NCBI GenBank assembly: GCA_035541055.1
Contig: DATKNZ010000401.1
Location: forward strand, 3,743 to 67,742
Reading direction: 5' to 3'
Length of the DNA: 64,000 bases
Source of the DNA: Candidatus Acidiferrum sp.
Lineage (GTDB): Bacteria; Verrucomicrobiota; Verrucomicrobiia; Limisphaerales; UBA8199
This document shows positions 18,801-26,817 of this stretch, in pieces. The notes under the pieces were generated by a model. It saw only the letters and a list, made by a program, of their open reading frames with translations. It was not told the DNA's origin and searched no databases. How positions within the stretch are numbered: position 1 is the first letter of the stretch; the number at the start of each line of letters is the position of its first letter. A program made the position numbers and the translations under genes.

Positions 18801-19368
18801 GTGGTTCGCGCCCCATTTCGAGTTCCGCTTCCCCCCATTCGGCGACCTGGAAGTGAAGAATCTCCTCGTGGAGATCCGCCAGGCGTTGGAGCCCTGGCAC
18901 GTCCTGGGCGAAGAGCAAGGGGCGGGCGGCGCTGTGCGCTACGTGGATTCCAGCGTCGAGCGCGTCCAGGTGAAGGCGCGCGGACTCACTGACACGCGGC
19001 ACGTGATCAGCGTCGGGGGCATCGCTATCCCACTTCATCCGACCGGCACCAACGGTGAATACGTGGCTGGCGTCCGTTACCGCGCCTGGCAGCCGCCGAG
19101 TTGCTTGCAACCGACCATCGGCGTTCACTCGCCGCTGGTCTTCGACATAGTGGATACTTGGAACGGTCGCAGCGTCGGCGGTTGCACCTACCACGTCGCG
19201 CATCCCGGCGGCCGGAGCCATTCGACTTTCCCCGTAAATGCCTGGGAAGCGGAGAGTCGCCGGCTCGCGCGCTTCTTCCGCTCCGGCCACACACCCGGCC
19301 CGATGCAGCCCCGGGTTGTCGAACGCAACCCTGATTTCCCCTTCACGTTGGACCTGCGCGCGGTGTGA
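15865..19368 (+). CDS. Large transglutaminase-family protein with a DUF2126-type putative amidoligase region
   Basis: N-terminal '[30 protein letters not shown]' (bacterial transglutaminase N-domain). Cys/His/Asp core '[14 protein letters not shown]...FVSGY' and '[21 protein letters not shown]'. A conserved extension of about 800 aa follows, as in ~1100-aa COG4196-type proteins. Confidence 0.85.
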   Translation: [1167 protein letters not shown]

Positions 19369-19411
19369 GTGGCACGCAGCGTGTACCCAGCGGGGACGAG
19401 AGGGGGCCGCT

Positions 19412-19607
19412 AAATCCGAACGCCGAAGCCCAAAGTCCGCAAGAAGGCCGAAGGCCAAAACCCGAAGCAGTCAGCCCGCTGACATCCATTGTGAGGCGCT
19501 CGGGGATTAACTTCTTAGTGGGACAGCCTGGCTGCAGCTTTCCTCAACGCCTCGCCCTGGCACAGGCGGGAGCGACTTCGTCCTTCGGGGTTCGGCCTTC
19601 GGATCTC
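19412..19607. repeat. CCGAAGG-heptamer inverted-repeat element, copy B
   Basis: Left arm 19412-19467 (AATCCGAACGCCGAAGCCCAAAG...GAAGGCCGAAGGCCAAAACCCGAAGCAGTCAGCC). Right arm 19574-19607 (CTTCGTCCTTCGGGGTTCGGCCTTCGGAT). Confidence 0.8.
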
Positions 19608-19644
19608 CGCAACGGAATTCAAGCGGGCGATCATCAAACACAGG

Positions 19645-22161
19645 TTGCACCCTGCCTCGGGGCCTGCGACTTTGCCCCGCGTGATCGCTGCTGACACAGA
19701 CAAAATGCCAGCCTCGCCGGGCACTCATAGCGAGGCGGGCGTCCCCGCTTGGGATGAGACGCGCGCAGCTTCCGGCGAGGTCCGTCCGCACTGGAAGACG
19801 TTGATGGGCTCGCTGGAAGCGTTAGGCCGGGAGGAGCTTGCGCTGCGGGTCGAGAACGGCCGCCGGATCCTGCGCGAGCACGGCGTCAGTGCCTTCTCGG
19901 CCGGCCCCAGCGGCGAGCGGGACGAGCCGTGGGAGTTAGACCTCATCCCGCTCCTCCTTCCCGCCGAGGAGTGGCGCGGACTGGCCGCCGGCCTGGTCCA
20001 GAGGGCGCGCCTGCTGAACCTGGTCCTGGGCGATCTCCACGGCGTGCAGCGGCTGATTCGCGACGGCTTCATCCCGGCTCCGCTGATTTACGCCAACCCG
20101 GGCTATCTGCGGGCTTGCCAGGCCGTGCGTGTTCCCGGCAATACCTACCTGCAAAGCTACGCCGCGGATCTCGCACGCGGGCCCGACGGCGTCTGGCGCG
20201 TCCTGGCCGATCGCACGCAAGCGCCCGCCGGCCTGGGCTTCATTCTGGAGAACCGCGGCGTGCTCTCGCGTGTTCTGCCGGAAGCAGTTCAGGCTTTGCG
20301 CCCAAGGGCGCTCTCGGAAGCCTTGCGCATCTGCCACGACGGCCTGCGTCGCCTCGCCCCCGCGGGCACCGAAAACCCAGCCCTCGCGCTCCTCACGCCG
20401 GGTCCGCGCAACGAAGCGTATTTCGAGCACGCCTACCTGGCCCGACTCCTCGGCCTCACGCTGGTTGAAGGCGCCGACCTGACAGTGCGCGATCGCCGTG
20501 TATGGCTCAAGACGCTGGAAGGGCTGCGACCCGTGGACGTGATCGTGCGCCGGGTCCGGGATGCCTTGTGCGATCCGCTCTCGTTGCGCGGCGATTCCTT
20601 GCTCGGCGTACCCGGGCTGGTGGAGGCCACACGCGCTGGCCGAGTGTCGGTAGCCAACGCGCTGGGATGCGGACTCGTGGAAAGCCCGGCGTTTATGCCC
20701 TTCCTGCCGGCGCTGGCGCCGCATCTCCTGGGCGAGGATCTCAAGCTTCAAGCCGTGGACACCTGGTGGTGCGGCCAGGCGCGAGAACGGCGCTATGTGG
20801 AGGCGCACCTCGATGAAATGCTTCTGCGCCCGGCCCTTGCTGCCGCGGGCCCCCAGGCGCGACCCGGGAGTCTGAGCAAGGCCGCACGCGAGGAGGCGCT
20901 GGCCCGGCTGCGCGAACGGCCTCACGAATTCGTTGGGCAGCATGAGATTGCTCTCTCACGGGCCCAAACTGACGATGAGAGCCTCCAGCCGATAGTCCTC
21001 AGGCTCTTTGTGCTGTTCGGCGGGACTGATTACTGCGTGCTGCCGGGCGGGATTGCCAGGCTGATGGACCAGGATGCACTGGGCACCTTCGCCCTGGCGC
21101 TCACCGGCGGCAGCAAAGATGTCTGGGTGCTCCCGGAAGTCGGGCAGGAGACGGAGTTGCCCCACGCGGTCGCCACACCCTCGGCGGTGCTGGAACGAAT
21201 GGCGTCCGACCTGCCGAGCCGCACGGCGGAGAACCTGTTCTGGTTGGGGCGCTATGCCGAGCGACTGGAGCATCTGGTGCGGGTTTGCCGTTCCACGGCG
21301 CACTGCCTGGGCAACGAGTCGGCCAATGGGCGGCCTGCGGCGATGGCGGAGTTGCTTCTACGGCTCAAGTTCACGACCAGGCCTGCTAACGCCCCGGCCG
21401 CGCCCGAAGCTCTGCAGGCCAACCTGTTGGCACTGCTCTTCGACGAAGCCCACACCGCCGGAGCCCGCCAGCTACTCAAGCGCATCCACACCACCAGCTT
21501 TAGCGTGCGCGACCGCCTTTCCGCCGACACCTGGCGCATTCTGAACCGCCTCGGGGCTGACGCCTGCCAGCCATCCGGTCGGCTGCCGCTCGTGTTCGCA
21601 AGCGCGGCCCTGCACACCCTGGTGCTCGACCTGGCTGCCTTCAGCGGAATGGAGATGGAGAACATGACGCGCGGCCACGGCTGGATCTTCCTCAACCTCG
21701 GCCGGCGGCTTGAGCGGGGCATCGGCATGGCCCGGCTGGTTGAAGGCGCGCTTCGATGCGCCGCACCGCGCGAGCTGCTGTTGGAGCCGTTGCTGGAAAT
21801 GGCTGATAGCACCATGACCTACCGTCGGCGCTATTTCGCCGAGCCGCGTCTGGCCGGGGTGCTCGACTTGTTGCTGCTCGACCCGGCTAACCCGCGCGCG
21901 CTGGCCTTCCAGCTCGCTATCCTGGAGCGGCACTTGGCAGGGCTGCCGGAGGGACCGAATCCGGAAGGACTGGCGGAGTTGAAGCGCCAACTGGGCCTGC
22001 TCGTCCAGAAGCTCGACCGCGTGCGCGCCGAAAAGCTCATCCGGGACGACAGCACTGACGAGACCGCTGATTGGCTGGGTGGCCTGGCCGCCGAATTGGG
22101 CAGCCTTTCCGATCTCCTCACCCATCTCTACTTCAGCCAGGTCGCGCCCAGGGCGAGTTGA
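19645..22161 (+). CDS. Fusion protein: circularly permuted ATP-grasp domain + alpha-E domain
   Basis: The N-terminal half parallels the 13019 gene ('VANALGCGLVESPAFMPFLP', 'WRVLADRTQAPAGLGF'). The C-terminal half has alpha-E signatures ('NLFWLGRYAERLEHLVR', 'GWIFLNLGRRLERGIGMARL'). The start is uncertain, and ATG 19705 is an alternative. Confidence 0.8.
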   Translation: MHPASGPATLPRVIAADTDKMPASPGTHSEAGVPAWDETRAASGEVRPHWKTLMGSLEALGREELALRVENGRRILREHGVSAFSAGPSGERDEPWELDLIPLLLPAEEWRGLAAGLVQRARLLNLVLGDLHGVQRLIRDGFIPAPLIYANPGYLRACQAVRVPGNTYLQSYAADLARGPDGVWRVLADRTQAPAGLGFILENRGVLSRVLPEAVQALRPRALSEALRICHDGLRRLAPAGTENPALALLTPGPRNEAYFEHAYLARLLGLTLVEGADLTVRDRRVWLKTLEGLRPVDVIVRRVRDALCDPLSLRGDSLLGVPGLVEATRAGRVSVANALGCGLVESPAFMPFLPALAPHLLGEDLKLQAVDTWWCGQARERRYVEAHLDEMLLRPALAAAGPQARPGSLSKAAREEALARLRERPHEFVGQHEIALSRAQTDDESLQPIVLRLFVLFGGTDYCVLPGGIARLMDQDALGTFALALTGGSKDVWVLPEVGQETELPHAVATPSAVLERMASDLPSRTAENLFWLGRYAERLEHLVRVCRSTAHCLGNESANGRPAAMAELLLRLKFTTRPANAPAAPEALQANLLALLFDEAHTAGARQLLKRIHTTSFSVRDRLSADTWRILNRLGADACQPSGRLPLVFASAALHTLVLDLAAFSGMEMENMTRGHGWIFLNLGRRLERGIGMARLVEGALRCAAPRELLLEPLLEMADSTMTYRRRYFAEPRLAGVLDLLLLDPANPRALAFQLAILERHLAGLPEGPNPEGLAELKRQLGLLVQKLDRVRAEKLIRDDSTDETADWLGGLAAELGSLSDLLTHLYFSQVAPRAS

Positions 22162-22316
22162 AATGAAACTGCCTTTGGAGACCGCCACCTATTCGCCCCC
22201 TCACTCCGGCCCTGTCCCCCTCCGAAGGGGACAGGGAGAAAAACTCGGCAATGCCGGCCTGGCTCCGTCTCCCCACTGGATGGGGAGAGGGCCGGGGTGA
22301 GGGGTCTTGAAATGAA
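22158..22316. repeat. Inverted-repeat insertion bounded by a 10-bp direct repeat TTGAAATGAA
   Basis: TTGAAATGAA occurs at 22158-22167 and 22307-22316. Internal inverted repeats are CCCCTCACTCCGGCCCTGTCCCC (22197-22219) and GGGGAGAGGGCCGGGGTGAGGGG (22282-22304). There is an inner hairpin CCCTGTCCCC/GGGGACAGGG. The left direct-repeat copy holds the upstream stop codon and the right copy holds the downstream ATG. Confidence 0.8.
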
Positions 22317-23238
22317 GGCCCTGCGCTTCCACATCACGCACACCACCACTTACGATTACCTTTCGCCGGTAACCGTCTCGCACCACATGTTACGCCTGGC
22401 CCCGCGGCGGTTAGCGCGCCAATTCGTAATGGCGCATTCACTCGAGATCACTCCCGCAGCCGCGGCGACACACCGGTACATAGACTACTTTGGCAACGAG
22501 GTCGCCTTTACCGCGATCGAGGGGGCCCATCGCCGTCTCAGTGTTACGGCACGCAGCCAGGCCGCCGTCGCGCCCTCCTTTATCCCCGATGCTTCGGAAA
22601 CCCCTGCCTGGGAGAAGGTCCGCTACCTGTGCCACACAGACCTCTCGGAACCAGTGCTGGAGGCCAGCGAATTCATGTTTGCCTCGCCGCTCGTGCCCAC
22701 AGAAGCGCAGTTTCGCGCTTATGCCGCACCAAGCTTCCCTGCCCGGCGCCCCGTCCTCGAAGGCGTGCTTGACCTTGCTGCGCGCATCCATGGCGAGTTC
22801 AAATTCGATGCCGCGGCGACGGCAGTCTCGACGCCGCTGACCCAAGTGCTCGAGCGCCGCCACGGGGTGTGCCAGGACTTCGCGCACTTGATGATTGCGT
22901 GCCTGCGCGCGCTCGGATTGCCCGCGCGTTACGTGAGTGGTTACCTGGAAACGCTTCCTCCCCCGGGCCAGAGCAAGCTCCTGGGTGCCGATGCCTCGCA
23001 CGCCTGGGTCGCCTTCTTCTGCCCCGGCGTGGGCTGGATTGACGTGGACCCGACCAACAACGTTCTGCCCTCGCTGCAGCACATCACGCTCGGCTGGGGC
23101 AGGGACTATGGCGATGTCAGCCCCATTCGAGGCGTCCTGGTCGGAGGCGACGAACACACGCTGACCGTTGCCGTTGACGTGGTCGCTTTGGGCGAGGTCG
23201 AAGCTAACGAAGGCAGCGGCACCAATAATGCGCCTTGA
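22312..23238 (+). CDS. Transglutaminase-family protein (N-domain + Cys-His-Asp core)
   Basis: 'MKALRFHITHTTTYDYLSPV', 'GVCQDFAHLMIACLRALGLPARYVSGY' and 'HAWVAFFCPGVGWIDVDPTN'. Confidence 0.85.
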   Translation: MKALRFHITHTTTYDYLSPVTVSHHMLRLAPRRLARQFVMAHSLEITPAAAATHRYIDYFGNEVAFTAIEGAHRRLSVTARSQAAVAPSFIPDASETPAWEKVRYLCHTDLSEPVLEASEFMFASPLVPTEAQFRAYAAPSFPARRPVLEGVLDLAARIHGEFKFDAAATAVSTPLTQVLERRHGVCQDFAHLMIACLRALGLPARYVSGYLETLPPPGQSKLLGADASHAWVAFFCPGVGWIDVDPTNNVLPSLQHITLGWGRDYGDVSPIRGVLVGGDEHTLTVAVDVVALGEVEANEGSGTNNAP

Positions 23239-23456
23239 ACTATTTCTTCCCGGTGCCATTCACATCGCTGGGCGGAGACCCATCCCCAAGCACAACCGTT
23301 GCAATCTGAGGCCCCTTCCGCCAAAAGCACCCTACCCCTGGTGGTTCTTCTCCTGCCAAAACCACTATGCGTGCTGTACTTTGGTCTGCCCTATCGCCCA
23401 TGCTCCGAACAACCGGTCCACACGCAGCCTGCCTGATGGCGGGGACGGCACCGGGC

Positions 23457-24377
23457 TCACCTCGCCATCGGCACACGCCTCCGGGGCTTTTCGAACCGTT
23501 CGGCGTCGGTTTGGTGACGGTGGCCGAAGGCCAGTTGCACGGAGCGCTGCTGAGAAAAGACCGGGCTGTCCAGGCGGCTGGAAGGCTTACCCGTTTCTAT
23601 TTCCTCCACCAGGTCAGCTACGCTATTCAGCACGCGCGTGGGCTGGTACACGTATTCGCACAGGTCCTCCAGGCGCGTTGACCCGGAGAGGACCAGGTAA
23701 GACTGCAGGCCTGCCTCCACCGCACCACGGATATCGGTCTCCATCGTGTCCCCGATCACGATGACTTTCTCGATCGGGGACCCGCCTGCCATCTCGGCCA
23801 GTTTATGGCGGGCCCGGTGGATCATATATCCGTTGGGCTTGCCCAGGTAGTAAGCGCGCCGGCCAGTGCTCGCTTCGAGAAAGGCCGCTGTCGCCCCGGT
23901 ACCCGGCCGTGACCCGGTACTGCTGATGGGACACCAATTGTCCGGGTTGGTCGCCAGCAGCCGGGCCCCGTGCTCAATGCACGAATGGGCCTTCGCGAGC
24001 CGCTCCATGGAGGCGGCGCCTTCACCCACGACTACATAGCTGGGCCGGATCGTATCGTGGGCGATCTTGCGCTCCTGCAAGGCAACCAGCAAGCCGCCCT
24101 CCCCGATGACGAAAGCCGTGCAGGCCGGGTGCGTTTCACTCAGAAAGTCCGCTGTGTTCAAGGCGGAAGTGTAGAAGTGGCGGGCCGATAACCCCGCGAT
24201 GCCCAAACGCCCCAGGCGGACTGACAGATCTTCGGGCGTAGGCGCCGAATTGTTCGTGAGGAAGATGAAGGGTGCGCCATTGGAGATGAGGGCGCGGACA
24301 AAGTCCTTGGCCCCGGGAATTAACTGATTCTCCCGGTATACCACGCCATCCATATCAATCAGGTAACCCGTACTCAC
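23457..24377 (-). CDS. HAD-superfamily subfamily IIA hydrolase (NagD-like sugar/nucleotide phosphatase)
   Basis: 'GYLIDMDGVVYRENQLIPGAKDFV', 'FIFLTNNS' and 'VIVIGDTMETDIRGAVEAG' are the HAD motifs I-IV in the NagD arrangement. Confidence 0.8.
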   Translation of the reverse strand: MSTGYLIDMDGVVYRENQLIPGAKDFVRALISNGAPFIFLTNNSAPTPEDLSVRLGRLGIAGLSARHFYTSALNTADFLSETHPACTAFVIGEGGLLVALQERKIAHDTIRPSYVVVGEGAASMERLAKAHSCIEHGARLLATNPDNWCPISSTGSRPGTGATAAFLEASTGRRAYYLGKPNGYMIHRARHKLAEMAGGSPIEKVIVIGDTMETDIRGAVEAGLQSYLVLSGSTRLEDLCEYVYQPTRVLNSVADLVEEIETGKPSSRLDSPVFSQQRSVQLAFGHRHQTDAERFEKPRRRVPMAR

Positions 24378-24966
24378 TTGAAACCGTCCTTGTTCATGAT
24401 CTCACAAGTCCTCATGCGGGCGCTCCTGAGCAGGGTTGGGGCCAGACAGGCGCTTGCGGCATACGGGGTTCAGGAACCAAGGGTGCAAAGTGCGCCTTTA
24501 CAATGGGTTCGGGGACCAGGTGGGCGGAGGTTACATTTATGTGCCGGGTGGCAGCCATCTGCCTTGCTTCCCCGGCTGACCCGCTTTGGTCTGCCTGGCT
24601 AAATCAATGCAGCAGTTCTGTGGCTCCCGCGCCTGACGCTGCTTCAATCGGCTGCCGAGGATTCTGTTGCCGCCCAGTGACTTACATCCTAAGCCGTATC
24701 CATGCAGTTGGTTTCGGGGAGCACGCGCGCCCTCGCGTGTCCCGGCCGGCGCCCTCGCCGGCCGGAGCCGGGCTGGCATCGGTCACCAAACGGTTAGCCG
24801 CGTAAGCCCTGCCTGTTTTCCGCGGGGGCGCGGAAAACCGCACGCGGCGGCGCGTGCGCTCCCCTTCACCAACTGCATCGTTACGGCTAAGGCCTCGGCG
24901 GGTTCTCCAGGTGAGAGACCGCCCCTCAACCGTCAGCCACGCATTTGGCCTGGGTGGGCCTTGGGC

Positions 24967-25042
24967 GGCCCTGCCGAGTCCCCGGTGTGTCTCCCATGTG
25001 GTCCGGGCCCCATGGGAGACACACCGGGGACTCGGCAGGGCC
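24967..25042. repeat. CCGGTGTGTCTCCCATG hairpin element, copy 1 (immediately 3' of the GAF kinase gene)
   Basis: GGCCCTGCCGAGTCCCCGGTGTGTCTCCCATG (24967-24998) pairs with CATGGGAGACACACCGGGGACTCGGCAGGGCC (25011-25042). No U-tract follows on the transcribed strand. Confidence 0.85.
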
Positions 25043-25089
25043 GCGCAAGGCGCACGCCAGGAAGTCCAGGTTTTCGGGGGAATCTGCCC

Positions 25090-26817
25090 TCAGACCGGCA
25101 GCACGAGGCTGACGGTGGTCCCCTGCCCTGGCTTCGACTTGATCCGCACGTCGCCCCGGTGCGTTTCCACAACCCGGGCCACGATGGCCAGGCCCAGGCC
25201 AGTGCCGCCGGGCTTGCTGCTGCTGAGGACGGAGTTGAAGGCGCGGCGGCGTTGCTCCTCGCTCATGCCGGGGCCGGTGTCTTTGAACTCGAGCAGCACG
25301 TGGGTCGGCTGGACAGCCTGGCGCGGCCGGTGGAGAGCGCGGGAGGTGATCGTGAGGGTCCCGCCGTGGGGCATGGCCTCGGCGGCATTGAGTATCAGGT
25401 TAAGGAAAGCCTGCTCGAGCTGGGTGGCCGCCCCGGGGACGGCGGGCAGGTCCGGCTGAAGCTGCTGCACGAGCTGCACATTCTGCTGCTTCAGCTTGTG
25501 CCGCACCAGCAGCCCCAGCTCGTCTATCAACTGGTTCAGCCGCACGGGCTTCATCTCCGGCTCCGTCTTGCGGGCAAAGCCCAGAATCTGCTCCACGATG
25601 CGGTTTAAGTGCTCGATCTTCTCATCAATCATCCGCGCATCGCGGGCGCGCGGGTCGCCCGCAGGGAACTTCAGGTCCAGCGAATGGTAGAGCATCTTGA
25701 GCACGGTGAGGGGGTTGCGGATTTCGTGGGCCACCTCGGCGGCCAGCAGGCCCAGGGCAGAGAGCTTCTCGTTCTGGCGCAGTTGTTCCTCGACGTCCAC
25801 TACGCGCTCGTAGAGGCGGGCTTTCTGGATGGCCGTGGCGGACAGCTCGGCCAGCGCCGAGAGGATGCGAATCTCCTCGTTCGAGAAGCTGTAGGGCTGG
25901 CCGGTGTAAACGCTGAGCGTGCCCATCGCGTGGCCTTCGTAGAGGAGCGGCACGCTGAGAAGCGCCACCAGTCCCTCGGTGCGCGCGACCTCGACGCTCT
26001 GGTAGCGGCTGGACACCTGCACATTCTCGACTTGCAGGGGCTTCTTGCGGCGCACCACCACGCCCAGCAGGCTGTCGGTCACGCTGAGCGGGGGCCGCTT
26101 GACGTAGCGCTCGCCCGCGCCGTAGCTGGCGCGCAGTTCGAGCCACTCGCGCGTGGGGTCCAGCAACATGAGCGCGCCCACCTTGGCGCGCATCAGGACA
26201 CAGGCCTCGCGCGTGATGGCGCGCAGGGCGTCGTCCAGGTTGAGCGTGGAGTTGATGGTCTGGCTGACGCCGGCCAGCGATTCCAGCAGGCGCGCCTTGA
26301 GCCGCAGTTGCTCGTAAAGCCAGGTATTGTGAATGACGCGCGCCGCGGCCGCTGCCAGCGCTTCGAGCAGCTCCTGGTCTTGCCCGGTGAAGGCGTCGGC
26401 GCGGTCCGAGTCCACGTTCAGCACGCCGCGCACCTCGCCGTTGACCTCGAGCGGCACGGCCAGTTCGGAGCGGACCTCGGGCCGGAGCATGACGTAGCGT
26501 GCGTCTTTGGCCACATCGCCCAGGCGCGCCGGTTTGCCCGTTCGCGCCACCCAGCCGGTGATGCCTTCGCCCACGCGCAGCTTCAGGTCCGCCGCGCTGC
26601 CCGGCAGCCCGCTGGCGGCATGGATTTCGAGCCGGCCCGTCGTAGGATTGATCAGGATGGCGGAGCCGCTGGAGGCGCGCATGAGCCGGACCGCCTGGTC
26701 GAGAATCAGCCGGAGCGCCTCCTGCGGATCGAGCGTGGAATGGATGACATTGCCCACCTCGTAGAGCAGCTTGAGCCGCTCCAGGCGCGCCTGCAGCTCG
26801 GCCAGCTCGTCGCTCAT
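25090..26817 (-). CDS. Sensor histidine kinase with tandem GAF domains
   Basis: Two GAF-like segments. H-box 'AAEVAHEIRNPLTVLKM'. HATPase boxes 'LNLILNAAEAM', 'KDTGPGM' and 'GTGLGLAIV'. I chose the start at MSDELAEL (ATG 26817-26815), which overlaps the upstream stop by ATGA. Confidence 0.85.
   Translation of the reverse strand: MSDELAELQARLERLKLLYEVGNVIHSTLDPQEALRLILDQAVRLMRASSGSAILINPTTGRLEIHAASGLPGSAADLKLRVGEGITGWVARTGKPARLGDVAKDARYVMLRPEVRSELAVPLEVNGEVRGVLNVDSDRADAFTGQDQELLEALAAAAARVIHNTWLYEQLRLKARLLESLAGVSQTINSTLNLDDALRAITREACVLMRAKVGALMLLDPTREWLELRASYGAGERYVKRPPLSVTDSLLGVVVRRKKPLQVENVQVSSRYQSVEVARTEGLVALLSVPLLYEGHAMGTLSVYTGQPYSFSNEEIRILSALAELSATAIQKARLYERVVDVEEQLRQNEKLSALGLLAAEVAHEIRNPLTVLKMLYHSLDLKFPAGDPRARDARMIDEKIEHLNRIVEQILGFARKTEPEMKPVRLNQLIDELGLLVRHKLKQQNVQLVQQLQPDLPAVPGAATQLEQAFLNLILNAAEAMPHGGTLTITSRALHRPRQAVQPTHVLLEFKDTGPGMSEEQRRRAFNSVLSSSKPGGTGLGLAIVARVVETHRGDVRIKSKPGQGTTVSLVLPV

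Noticed and set aside
24378-25089. Possible structured ncRNA (tmRNA, RNase P, SRP or 6S) in a 700-bp gene-free spacer
   Set aside because: I found none of the conserved boxes I know by eye (RNase P GAGGAAAGTCC-type, the tmRNA tRNA-like 3' end, the SRP GGAAG-type hairpin). Only a REP-like hairpin is evident. A covariance-model scan would be needed to exclude an ncRNA.
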